From NCBI GenBank assembly GCA_005116745.1, contig SWDS01000006.1:473708-537707 (forward strand): a stretch of 64,000 bases of DNA, given 5' to 3'. Positions 9,158 through 18,265 of this stretch are shown one piece after another; position 1 is the stretch's first letter, and each line of letters opens with the position of its first letter. The notes beneath the pieces are model-generated. The model was given only the letters and a program-made list of their open reading frames with translations, searched no databases and was not told the origin of the DNA. Position numbers and translations under genes: made by a program. The DNA comes from Nitrospira sp. (GTDB taxonomy: Bacteria; Nitrospirota; Nitrospiria; Nitrospirales; Nitrospiraceae).

Positions 9158-9919
9158 CTATTTCTCTACTCCCAACATATTGATCCGATGTGCGAGGCAG
9201 GCCGCGCCGAATCCGTTGTCGATATTCATCACGCCTACACCCGCAGCGCAGGAATTGAGCATCGTCAGCAGCGCAGCGACTCCCCCGAAGCTCGCACCAT
9301 AGCCTCGGCTGGTTGGCACGGCAATGACCGGGCAGTGGACCAACCCTCCCACCACGCTCGGCAGGACACCGTCCATACCAGCTGCGACGATCACGACCTT
9401 CGCATCGAACAGCCGATCTCTCTTTCCGAGCAGTCGATGGATACCCGCAACCCCGACATCGTACAGTCGCTCGACGTGGCTACCCATCACTTCAGCCGTC
9501 ACACGAGCTTCTTCCGCCACGGGCACGTCCGCCGTTCCTGCGGTCACTACGAGTATATGCCCATGTTGTTTCTGCTTGGAAGCGTGAATCGCCACCAGAC
9601 GTGCATCAGGATAGTACTGTGCTCGCCGATCCAGGCGGCGAATGGCTCGCCCAACCGATGGGTTGGCACGAGTGGCAAGAAACGGGCCTTGTTTCTTGAT
9701 AAGCGCCCGAGCGATGGCGATAATCTGCGCGATGGTTTTCCCTTCACACAAGACGACCTCGGGGAACCCTTGTCGTAATGACCGATGATGATCGACTGAG
9801 GCAAAGCCCAGATCCTCAAAAGGTAGTGACTGCAGGCGCTGAAGTGCCTGTTCCACCGTGGCATCGCCTTGACGGACTTGCTGCAACAGCCGTTCGAGTC
9901 CTTCCGGATTCATGTCCAC
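9158..9919 (-). CDS. larB: Nickel pincer cofactor biosynthesis protein LarB
   Basis: DHHRSLRQGFPEVV.CEGKT, TAGTAD.PVAEEA, DVGVAGIHRL, AGMDGVLPSV, VPTSRGYG, NIDNGFGAA. Confidence 0.95.
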   Translation of the reverse strand: MDMNPEGLERLLQQVRQGDATVEQALQRLQSLPFEDLGFASVDHHRSLRQGFPEVVLCEGKTIAQIIAIARALIKKQGPFLATRANPSVGRAIRRLDRRAQYYPDARLVAIHASKQKQHGHILVVTAGTADVPVAEEARVTAEVMGSHVERLYDVGVAGIHRLLGKRDRLFDAKVVIVAAGMDGVLPSVVGGLVHCPVIAVPTSRGYGASFGGVAALLTMLNSCAAGVGVMNIDNGFGAACLAHRINMLGVEK

Positions 9920-10932
9920 TCCTTCTCTGATTTTGCATCCCGTTCCATCAAATCAGTCACGGCCTTCCTACAAGACTTATCGTCATACAGGACGGAATGA
10001 ATTTCTTGTATGATCGGCATATCGACCCGATGGCGCTGGGCCAATGTTAATGCGGCACGTGCCGTCCGAACGCCTTCAGCGACAGCCTGCATGCCTGCCA
10101 AAATTGTCTCCAACTTTTCTCCCTGGCCGAGGCGAACGCCTACCGAATGGTTTCGGCTGAGTGTGCCCGTACAGGTCAGGACCAGATCGCCGACCCCGGA
10201 CAGTCCATAAAATGTGCGCGGATCGGCTCCCATGGCCATGCCCAGCCTGACGGTTTCAGCCAGGCCTCGAGTAATGAGCGCCGCGCGGGCATTGAGTCCG
10301 AGGTTCAGGCCATCGATCACACCGGCAGCCAGTGCCATGACATTTTTCAGGGCTCCGCCGAGTTGGACGCCGATGACGTCTGTATCGGCGTACACACGAA
10401 ATACAGGCGTCATCAAGGCACCCTGAAACTGCCGCACGAGCTGTTCATCGGAGCCAGCCAAGCACAGGGCCGTGGGTTTCCTCATGCTGAATTCGGAAGC
10501 GAAACTGGGTCCAGACAGCACCATGAGGGAGCGGTGCATGGACGGCGATAACTCGTCCTCCATAACCTGGGTCATCAATTTGGCCGTGGTTTCTTCTATG
10601 CCTTTGGTTGCGCACACGAACGGTAGGGGCTTTGAGATGTAGGGTGCCAACTGATGCAACACGGATCGGGTTCTGTGTGAAGGAACGGCAAGCAGAATCC
10701 CATCACAGCCATGTACGGCGTCAACCAGTGAGGAAGTGGCCATCAAATTTGATGGAAGAGGGACACCCTTCAGGAAGACAGGATTTTCATGAGAGGTGTT
10801 GATGGCGTTGACGACGTCGTGTTCATAGGCCCAGAGGCAAACCTCCAGACCCTTTTCGGCCAGATGTTTCGCCAAGGCTGTGCCCCAGGCGCCAGCTCCA
10901 ATAACACCGAGCTTATTGATCGTGGTTGGCAT
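9910..10932 (-). CDS. gpsA: NAD(P)H-dependent glycerol-3-phosphate dehydrogenase
   Basis: GAGAWGTALA, ATKGIE, LSGPSFA, GGALKNV, GVGDLVLTC...SRN, AEGV.T. Confidence 0.97.
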   Translation of the reverse strand: MPTTINKLGVIGAGAWGTALAKHLAEKGLEVCLWAYEHDVVNAINTSHENPVFLKGVPLPSNLMATSSLVDAVHGCDGILLAVPSHRTRSVLHQLAPYISKPLPFVCATKGIEETTAKLMTQVMEDELSPSMHRSLMVLSGPSFASEFSMRKPTALCLAGSDEQLVRQFQGALMTPVFRVYADTDVIGVQLGGALKNVMALAAGVIDGLNLGLNARAALITRGLAETVRLGMAMGADPRTFYGLSGVGDLVLTCTGTLSRNHSVGVRLGQGEKLETILAGMQAVAEGVRTARAALTLAQRHRVDMPIIQEIHSVLYDDKSCRKAVTDLMERDAKSEKEWT

Positions 10933-11079
10933 AAGCGATTCTGCCTCATGACGAAATCATCATCCACTCATTGAGGAGGGCGAATTATAGGAAGGCCCTC
11001 GAGAGCCTGTCAATGAATGGAGTACGCGCATACGACGTGTCACTCATGACCTATTCCCCAACGAAGATGCGACTGTGGG

Positions 11080-11095
11080 TGGCATGTAGTTTGCT
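11080..11095 (+). promoter_or_regulatory. Sigma54 promoter
   Basis: TGGCATGTAGTTTGCT, a near-perfect TGGCAC-N5-TTGCW match about 87 bp upstream of the beta-barrel gene. Confidence 0.7.
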
Positions 11096-11181
11096 GAACC
11101 TTCTTGTGAGCGTCCAAGAAAGGACTTTGCGATCATCCAGTCCACGACAGAGTTGGAGATGGGCAATCCGGAGTGGTTCTC

Positions 11182-11952
11182 ATGAAACAACGATGTCCTG
11201 CGTGGGTTTACACATGGATCTTCACTGCGACGTTGTTGCACGCGTCGCTGACATCGGTTCTGACCATACCGAATGCCTATTCAGAAATGTACGTTGGAGG
11301 TCAAATCGGTACCACATTGTTCGGCGACAACAACAAGCTCACCAGAGTCGACCTGACCGATCTTGGTGGTCCTCCAGGATCCACGCTCACTCCTCCCGGA
11401 TCGATGTCAGGTCGTGATTTGGCCAGCTCCCCAGTACTAGGCGGGAAAATCGGGTATTACTTTCCGCAAGTGCCATGGCTTGGTCTAGAGCTGGAAGGCT
11501 ACTATACGACTCCTCACATTGAGCAACAATCGACAAGACTCAGCTTTATTCCTGGATCGATCTTGAATGGCGTCGGTCAGATAGCTGGTGGAGATACAAT
11601 AAGTGGTTTTTCAGGGGATCTTTTTCGAGTCATTACGGTTGCTCCATTTAATCTCATGTTGCGGTATCACAAGACAAGGTTTCAACCCTATGTTGGGATT
11701 GGTCCTGGAGTATTTATGGCCCGGGTCAAAACCATAGTATCGGGATTTGAAGGGACGCAGAGTTCAACCAGGGTAGGTCTGAACGTCAAGCTCGGTGGCG
11801 AATACTTTTTCACACGACACATCTCTGGATTCGGAGAAGTCAGATATAACTACACGACTTTCAATTTTGACGCCAACGACGCAGGAGCCTTTGGATTTAC
11901 AGCTATTTATAATCCGGTCATTTTTTCCTTCGGAGTCAATTACCACTTCTAG
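11182..11952 (+). CDS. Outer-membrane beta-barrel protein (OmpW/OmpA-TM like)
   Basis: Signal peptide, alternating beta-strand pattern (YVGGQIG, QPYVGIGPG, GFGEVRYNY) and terminal FGVNYHF; GGAG RBS before ATG 11182. Confidence 0.88.
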   Translation: MKQRCPAWVYTWIFTATLLHASLTSVLTIPNAYSEMYVGGQIGTTLFGDNNKLTRVDLTDLGGPPGSTLTPPGSMSGRDLASSPVLGGKIGYYFPQVPWLGLELEGYYTTPHIEQQSTRLSFIPGSILNGVGQIAGGDTISGFSGDLFRVITVAPFNLMLRYHKTRFQPYVGIGPGVFMARVKTIVSGFEGTQSSTRVGLNVKLGGEYFFTRHISGFGEVRYNYTTFNFDANDAGAFGFTAIYNPVIFSFGVNYHF

Positions 11953-12000
11953 CGTGTCAGCTCTCCCTCTGGCATCTTTAGGACATTTCCATGTATGTAG

Positions 12001-12384
12001 GTGGCGTACAGGGAATACTCAAGGATGCAAGTCTGTCCTGCCTGCAGCCGGTCACAACCGGAGATCAACCGTTTCTGTATCCAATGCGGTCGGCAACTCG
12101 CCGACCGATCGGATAGTCGGTCCGCTACTCAACCCCCTAGCACTTCGGCACCAGACCAACTCAATCTCGCGGTACTCTACGGAATGGTCGTTGTGCTGAT
12201 CCTGGCCGTCTTGTTCCCTCCATGGGAGACACCGCCGACGCAGACCCCGGAGTTTCTCGGTCTGCATTTCATCCTCTCTCCTCCAACTCCGGACGGTGTC
12301 GTAAGCCGCATGCTTCTAACCATTGAGCTCGTTACAGTCGCGATTGCCGGCATGTATGGCGCGTTTCTGTTCAGAACAAAGTGA
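12001..12384 (+). CDS. Zinc-ribbon membrane protein
   Basis: CPAC...FCIQCG zinc ribbon plus two TM segments. The start may be the internal ATG of MQVCP. Confidence 0.75.
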   Translation: MAYREYSRMQVCPACSRSQPEINRFCIQCGRQLADRSDSRSATQPPSTSAPDQLNLAVLYGMVVVLILAVLFPPWETPPTQTPEFLGLHFILSPPTPDGVVSRMLLTIELVTVAIAGMYGAFLFRTK

Positions 12385-12454
12385 TTGGGCAATAGTCATT
12401 CGTCATTGATCAGAATAAATTCGTGTCCGTTCATCGATTGACCAATGACGTTTC

Positions 12455-13255
12455 TCAGTCCAATGCGAGCGTGAGACACTTGGCGGACCCACCGGATTTC
12501 ATGAACTCATCGAGCTGAACCGGGTGGGTTTCATATCCTCGCATACGGAGCCAGGTTTGAGTGGTGGGACACCCCGTAGGAAGAACGACATGTTTCCCGA
12601 CACAAACGGCATTGCAGGCGAACTGTAGGGCTTCATCTTCTGGAACGGCAAGACGCAGCTTGTCAGGAATCCGTTCTGCAATCGCTGCCTGGCCATAGCG
12701 ATCAAAGGCAGCAGGGAAATAGAGGAGCTCGCCGCCGCTCAAAGAACAGAGGCAGGTATCCAGATGATAGAAGCGGCTGTCGACAAGTTCGAGGGGAATG
12801 ATTTCTCGGTGAAAGCGCTCACTAAGGATTGGGAAGACGCGGATATCCGATCGTTGTCGATAGCCACCGAACCAGTATTCTGAAAAACCCAGGAGATCGC
12901 CTGCTCCCTCAAAATACAGCTCGTGGTCTACTGTGACCACGTCATAGCCCTGCTTACGGAACCAATCTTCAAAATGAGCTTCTTCAGGCTGACGCTCAGG
13001 GTACCGGAAGCGACTCACGACGGCGGTTCGTCCCGCCACGATGCCGGCATTGGCCGTAAATACGAGGTCGGGCAACCCAGGCATGGGAGTCATGTGTTCA
13101 AGCACGACGCCCACGTCTTTTCCGAGGACGCGCATCAATTCATGCCACTGTCGCACCGCCCGTCCGTGATCGACGCGATTGGTACGCCGCATCCAGGGAT
13201 TGATCTCATACTCAATCCCAAAAAAATCCGGAGGACAGACGAGAAGGCGGCTCAT
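12455..13255 (-). CDS. Amidinotransferase-fold arginine dihydrolase (ArgZ/AgrE N-terminal domain homologue)
   Basis: CPPDFF.IEY.INPWM, PDLVFTANAG, SRF...ERQ.EE, FEGAGD, FYHLDTC, FACNAV, EF.KSGGSAKCLTL: the motifs of the cyanobacterial ArgZ N-domain, including the catalytic His and Cys. Confidence 0.88.
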   Translation of the reverse strand: MSRLLVCPPDFFGIEYEINPWMRRTNRVDHGRAVRQWHELMRVLGKDVGVVLEHMTPMPGLPDLVFTANAGIVAGRTAVVSRFRYPERQPEEAHFEDWFRKQGYDVVTVDHELYFEGAGDLLGFSEYWFGGYRQRSDIRVFPILSERFHREIIPLELVDSRFYHLDTCLCSLSGGELLYFPAAFDRYGQAAIAERIPDKLRLAVPEDEALQFACNAVCVGKHVVLPTGCPTTQTWLRMRGYETHPVQLDEFMKSGGSAKCLTLALD

Positions 13256-14496
13256 GTGGACTTCCCCAACAGCCTGGCAAGTTCCGACAGAAACGATGCC
13301 GCATCCATGACGAGGCCGACCGCCTGAAAGCTCCCTCGGTCGGCCAGCTTGGTCGGGACCGACGGGTTTACGTCGACACAGACAGTGGGAACGGTTGCCG
13401 GCAGAAGATTGCCCGTCGCCACGGAGTGGAGTGTCGAGGCGACAAGGAGAGCCAGCCCAACGCCAGGGATCAAGGCGCGCATCGCGCGTTGTGCCAGAAC
13501 GGAATCCGTGATCACTCCGGGCAATGGCCCATCGTCACGAATCGTTCCGGACATGACCACCGAGACGCCTTGGCGGACACAGGCTGCCATGATTCCTTGC
13601 TTGATCATTCCCGACGTGACCGCCGTCTCAATACTTCCAATCGTCCGAATGCGGTTGATGGTCCGCAAATGATGTTCATGGCCATGTGGGACTGCGCGCC
13701 CTGCTGTGAGTCCGTAGCCGAGTGATGTGCCGAACAGATCAGCTTCCATGTCATGTGCAGCCAGCGCATTCCCACAAAACAGGATATGAATAAACCCCTG
13801 TTCGATCAGCCAGGTCAGCGCCTCTCGCCCACCGGCATGAATGATGGCTGGTCCACCGGCCAGCAAGACGTGTGAGTCGCTCTGCCGCTCTCTGTGTCGC
13901 TCTCTCATTTGACGCATTCGAGTCGCGACGTCGGCGATGATATGAGCATGGGGCCGTTCAGCCGAGACCTGAGACTCCATGAACCCAAAGACGTCTCGTT
14001 CGCGTGGCCGCTGGAGGGGAATGACACGCACCCCCTCTCGACCGATCACGATGTGATCCCCACGACGAACTTCGTTCATCGGCACGGCCTGGGCGGCGGA
14101 GCCAGCCTCATTGACCACGATCGCGAGATCCATTTCGATTCGATCCACGTCTAGCCATCGACCGTTGAGCCGGATCTGGGTGGGGAGGTGTGTCGTGGCA
14201 TAGAAGTCATCGGGTAACACCCCGTCGGCAGGCGCACAGTCGGTGCGGCAGTCGGCCTCACGTTCGATCGAGGCGCCGTGTGGCTGAATCGCCTTCAAAA
14301 TGTCGTCTAGAAGCGTTCTTGAAGCAGTTTGGATCCGGATACGGGCATGAGACGCTTCTTCCCTTGTCTTGCCGATGTGCACGTCCTCCAGGTCGAAGGT
14401 TCCTCCCATCATCAGGATGAGATCGAGCACCTTAGCGAGTACGAGAGAGTCGATGATGTGTCCTTGAAGACACACGCGTTCTTGGTAGTGGTTCAC
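13252..14496 (-). CDS. TIGR00300 / LOR-SDH-conserved-region protein (AgrE C-terminal, ornithine cyclodeaminase-like)
   Basis: LQGHIIDS, APADGVLPDDFY.TT, MDLAIV, F.FM.S.VS.ER, GGPAIIH.G, GNALAAHD.E, G.IRDDGPLP, LHSVATGN, VCVD.NP..P.KL.DRGS; ATGA overlap with the downstream gene. Confidence 0.9.
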   Translation of the reverse strand: MNHYQERVCLQGHIIDSLVLAKVLDLILMMGGTFDLEDVHIGKTREEASHARIRIQTASRTLLDDILKAIQPHGASIEREADCRTDCAPADGVLPDDFYATTHLPTQIRLNGRWLDVDRIEMDLAIVVNEAGSAAQAVPMNEVRRGDHIVIGREGVRVIPLQRPRERDVFGFMESQVSAERPHAHIIADVATRMRQMRERHRERQSDSHVLLAGGPAIIHAGGREALTWLIEQGFIHILFCGNALAAHDMEADLFGTSLGYGLTAGRAVPHGHEHHLRTINRIRTIGSIETAVTSGMIKQGIMAACVRQGVSVVMSGTIRDDGPLPGVITDSVLAQRAMRALIPGVGLALLVASTLHSVATGNLLPATVPTVCVDVNPSVPTKLADRGSFQAVGLVMDAASFLSELARLLGKST

Positions 14497-14563
14497 AGCC
14501 GCCCTCAGTGGATGTGACCATATAGTACCACCCGCTATGCCAGGGGAAAGAAAATGAGAGGAA

Positions 14564-15610
14564 CTAAGCGTTCGCGGGGGATATTTTCATCAGTTCTCGG
14601 AGTACGCTCGTGGCATAGGCGCCGGGAGGGAGGCTGAAAGAGAGGGTAAGGACATCACCGCTGAGTGACCATTCAAGTTCAGTGAGGGGGATGCGGAGCG
14701 CTCTGCGTTCGCCACGGAATCCACAAGCTTTCGCGGCGGCGACGAGACTCTCTTTACTTGTGCCTGCTTCGGCAATGACAGCTTCTTCGATTCCACCAGG
14801 CTCGCCACTCGCCCAGGACACGCGTGAGCCGAAGAGGATGCCGGTCGGACTGATCTCAAAACGATCTGCGCGAGGCTGTTCGCTTTCAGCATTCTCAACT
14901 TGAAAACAGGCGCCATTCTCCAGTTTTGTCGCCCAATCACCGACGAATAGGCGATCGATCTGATCGATGCGCCGGGCGAGGATGCGATTGAATAAAAACG
15001 ACTGATAGGTGTTGAGGTACCAGATGCGCTGGGACCGATTCATCCTTTCTCGCCGCCGCGCATCGTGGAGGAGTGCGGCGCCAACTTCGTAGTTATCGCC
15101 CTTCTTCCCTTGTCGCTGAGGGCCAAAGTAGTTGGGCACGCCGCGTGCGCTGAGTTGTTGAAGAACAGCCTGCACGGTTTCAGCCGCGTGATCCGCGACA
15201 TTGCGGATGACTAAACGGAAGTGATTGCCAGAGTGATGACCGGTTCGTAAGCGATTACGATGGCGCCCGAGGATCTGAAGGCTTAGAACCATGTCATCGA
15301 TCTTCAGGGCCGACACCTGTTCCATCGTGACTCCTTGCAGCGACACCATCTGAGTGGTGACGGCTCGTGAATCTTTTAATCCGGCGACCCCGATGGCTTG
15401 AGCTCTCACACCCAATGTAGAGGAAAGTTGGCGAACAAGATCCGGCGTGGAGAGGCCTCGCTTAGTGATCGTGATGTACAGATGTTCACCTTCCCCGCAA
15501 GGAAGGTAGAGCGGCCGTTCCTCGACCTGAAAGTCTTCGGGCACGGCGCGGATTTGTCCACCGATTCCAGGCACGTTGCTAGTGAGGAAGGGCTCGATTG
15601 GTTGCGTCAC
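14564..15610 (-). CDS. truD: tRNA pseudouridine(13) synthase TruD
   Basis: PEDFQVEE, GEGEHLY, AGLKDSRAVTTQ, GN.F, PNYFGPQR.G, LPPGAYAT..LREL. Confidence 0.96.
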   Translation of the reverse strand: MTQPIEPFLTSNVPGIGGQIRAVPEDFQVEERPLYLPCGEGEHLYITITKRGLSTPDLVRQLSSTLGVRAQAIGVAGLKDSRAVTTQMVSLQGVTMEQVSALKIDDMVLSLQILGRHRNRLRTGHHSGNHFRLVIRNVADHAAETVQAVLQQLSARGVPNYFGPQRQGKKGDNYEVGAALLHDARRRERMNRSQRIWYLNTYQSFLFNRILARRIDQIDRLFVGDWATKLENGACFQVENAESEQPRADRFEISPTGILFGSRVSWASGEPGGIEEAVIAEAGTSKESLVAAAKACGFRGERRALRIPLTELEWSLSGDVLTLSFSLPPGAYATSVLRELMKISPANA

Positions 15611-15734
15611 AGGTATTCCTTCGTTGGGCTGACGATGAATAGCCCAAATGTGTTGTCGAATCTGGTGAAACGTAAGCCCATGGTATACTTTTCTGGTCCA
15701 TGTGGAAACGATCAGATAAGAGACAGGTTATGGA

Positions 15735-16592
15735 ATGAGCCGGCGGCGGGCGGTGTCATGGCCTGATCGCGCGCGAGCCTCTATTGGCTACTGTCTCGGC
15801 TATCCCCTCTACCAACTATTCAGTCTCATCCCCGACTGGGAATTTGGCCTTGCAGAGCATGAGGTGACGCGGTACACGCAGGCGCATAGTGTTCTGGCTG
15901 GTCGTGCCGTCCATATCACCGACCTGCATATTGACCGATATTGCCCACGTCACGATCGCATCGTCGACACCGTGAGGGAGCTTCATCCTGATTGGATTTT
16001 CATCACCGGGGACTTGCTCAACGTTCCCGAAGGACTTCCTCATCTCTTTCGCTTTCTCGAACAGCTTCGCGTCATAGCCCCTATCTACATGACGTTGGGC
16101 AATCATGACCACTATAGCGGTGTACCGGTGGCACAATATGCCGAACTGGCCGATCGGCACAAGATCACGCTGCTGGTGAATCAAAGCGCCATCGTGTCAA
16201 CAGGAAAGGGAGAACTCGCGATTGTTGGCGTCGATGACCCATCGCTTCATCGCGCGGATCTTCGATGTGTCCCGCCTCGCGCCGCGTCACGCTGTACCGT
16301 GCTGCTCGCCCATGCCCCCAACATCCTCGACTATGTGGAAGATCATCATGCCATTGACCTAATCCTCTGCGGACACAGCCATGGCGGGCAATGGCGGGTG
16401 CCGGGCATACCCACCTTCTGGCTTCCTCCTGGCTGTAATGGCCGCGTGGCAGGCTGGCACGAATCAGGCCCACATAGGCTCTACGTCAACCGGGGGTTGG
16501 GTTGGTCCTTCCTCCCATTCCGCTTCAACTGTCGGCCTGAGATCGCCGTGATTGACTGGATGCAGGAATGGGCCGAGCCGCAAACCGCATGA
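15735..16592 (+). CDS. Metallophosphoesterase (YkuE/YaeI-like)
   Basis: TDLH, TGD, GNHD, LAHAP, GHSHGGQ, VNRGLG, RFNCRPEI. Confidence 0.92.
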   Translation: MSRRRAVSWPDRARASIGYCLGYPLYQLFSLIPDWEFGLAEHEVTRYTQAHSVLAGRAVHITDLHIDRYCPRHDRIVDTVRELHPDWIFITGDLLNVPEGLPHLFRFLEQLRVIAPIYMTLGNHDHYSGVPVAQYAELADRHKITLLVNQSAIVSTGKGELAIVGVDDPSLHRADLRCVPPRAASRCTVLLAHAPNILDYVEDHHAIDLILCGHSHGGQWRVPGIPTFWLPPGCNGRVAGWHESGPHRLYVNRGLGWSFLPFRFNCRPEIAVIDWMQEWAEPQTA

Positions 16593-16595
16593 TTG

Positions 16596-17231
16596 TTACT
16601 CTCGCATCCGTTCCAATGCTTCTCTGGCTCGACTTCGTACCGTTTGATCCCAATCTTGTTCTGCAACCACCTTCAGTCGTTCACGCGCTTCCGTTGCCCT
16701 GAGTCGTCCGAGCCCCAAGGCGGCGCAGGAGCGGACGTACGCATGGTCATCCTCAAGGGCCTTCACAAGCAGTGGCACGACAGACAGATCCTCCAACGCT
16801 CCCAGATGACTGGCTGCCATGCCCCTGATGCGATGCTGCTTGTCGCCCAACGCCCGTTCCAGGGTCGTGGCAAACAGTTCCCTGAGAGCAGGGACGGCAG
16901 ATTGGATCCCAGTAGCGCGATATTGATTGGTTTCCAGTAAGGCAAATGCGAGGTCGAGTCGTTTGTCTTGGCCCGTTTCTCGCTCAAACAGCGTCAGGAG
17001 CCTGCTGCGTTCTCGAGACCTCGTGCGTCGGCGTGCCACCGCCTTGATCAATATGAACAGCAGGCCGGCAGCCACGAGCCCAATTGCGGCGATCGGCACA
17101 GCTTGATCGACGATGTAGTCTTGCGTCTCAACCGCTAACCGTTTCCAGGTCCATACTGCAACGATGATGAGAATGATCAGTACGACAAATAGGAGGGGGA
17201 TCATCTGCCCCTGTTGAGGTTGTTTCGTCAT
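16596..17231 (-). CDS. Membrane-anchored HEAT/PBS-lyase repeat protein
   Basis: Two N-terminal TM helices, then HEAT repeats (RIRGMAASHLG, LEDDHAYVRSCAALGLG, VRSRAREAL). Confidence 0.8.
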   Translation of the reverse strand: MTKQPQQGQMIPLLFVVLIILIIVAVWTWKRLAVETQDYIVDQAVPIAAIGLVAAGLLFILIKAVARRRTRSRERSRLLTLFERETGQDKRLDLAFALLETNQYRATGIQSAVPALRELFATTLERALGDKQHRIRGMAASHLGALEDLSVVPLLVKALEDDHAYVRSCAALGLGRLRATEARERLKVVAEQDWDQTVRSRAREALERMRE

Positions 17232-17358
17232 GGGGGAGAAATCATACGAGCGGAGTTGATTGGTCGTCAACGAATCAACTGCTGTCCAACGCGCTATCTT
17301 GACCGGGGTTTCTTGTTACGACTATTCTGCCTCACGGAGAGCACTCAATGACGTACCT

Positions 17359-18114
17359 ATGCGCCTAACTATTCTCGGTTCTGGAACCAACGTGCATCCC
17401 ACGCGTGCCGCAGCTGGGTATCTGGTACGGACGGATCAATCGATCATCTTGGATTTTGGCCCTCGCACGTTGATGAACCTGATCAAAACCGGTGTGAATC
17501 GGCACCAGATCACGCATATTCTGTTTTCCCATTTTCATGCCGATCACTTTTCTGATTTCATCACCTTCTTTTTCGATGCGATCATCTATGCCAAATACGG
17601 AGGAGGGCATCGCCCAGGGATGACGCTGATTGGCCCGAAAGGCACGATCCGTCTTCTCCGGTCGATCATGCGCAGTTTCCCGAGTTTTGACTCAGCTCCA
17701 TTCCGCGTGACCTTGCGCGAGGTATCCAGTAAGCCGTTCATGATCGGAGAAACTCGTATCGTTCCCAAACCAGTGGTCCACGTACCAGACCTCTCGTCCG
17801 TCGGTTATCGGATCGAGTACCGTGGGAAGGTGATCGTGTATTCTGGAGATACGCAATATTGTGACGCGCTTATTCGACTGTGCACAGATGCCGACTTGGC
17901 CGTGCTCGATTGTTCATTTCCAGCAAACAAGCCTGGCCCCGCCCATCTGCACGCTGGACAGTGTGGTCAGGTGGCGAAGAAGGCCGGGGTGGGACAACTT
18001 GTCCTCTCGCACTTCTATCCGATTACGGATCGATACGACGTGAGAGGCCAAGCGGCTGAGCAGTATGGTGGCAAGATTTGGAAGGGGAAGGATCTGTTGA
18101 CGATTCGAGTCTAG
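17359..18114 (+). CDS. MBL-fold metallohydrolase (RNase Z-like)
   Basis: MRLTILGSG, LDFGP, SHFHADHFSD, YSGDT, DCSF, HL, LSHFY. Start at ATG 17359. Confidence 0.9.
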   Translation: MRLTILGSGTNVHPTRAAAGYLVRTDQSIILDFGPRTLMNLIKTGVNRHQITHILFSHFHADHFSDFITFFFDAIIYAKYGGGHRPGMTLIGPKGTIRLLRSIMRSFPSFDSAPFRVTLREVSSKPFMIGETRIVPKPVVHVPDLSSVGYRIEYRGKVIVYSGDTQYCDALIRLCTDADLAVLDCSFPANKPGPAHLHAGQCGQVAKKAGVGQLVLSHFYPITDRYDVRGQAAEQYGGKIWKGKDLLTIRV

Positions 18115-18119
18115 CCTAT

Positions 18120-18242
18120 CAGGATGTTGAAAAAGTCCGCGAGCTTTGTTCTCGCATCGCTCAGAGGCTCAACGTACGGTACTGAGTACGCTTCGCCTCT
18201 TCGCTCGCTGCGACCGCGCTGGCGGCCATTTTGAATACCCTG
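18120..18242. repeat. 123-bp palindromic miniature repeat (MITE/REP-like, Nitrospira-type)
   Basis: 25-nt terminal inverted repeats match at 19/25 (CAGGATGTTGAAAAAGTCCGCGAGC against the reverse complement of 18218-18242). Inner stems AGAGGC/GCCTCT and CGTAC/GTACG. Lies between convergent genes. Confidence 0.8.
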
Positions 18243-18265
18243 CTCGATGCGGCAAGGAGTGTCCG

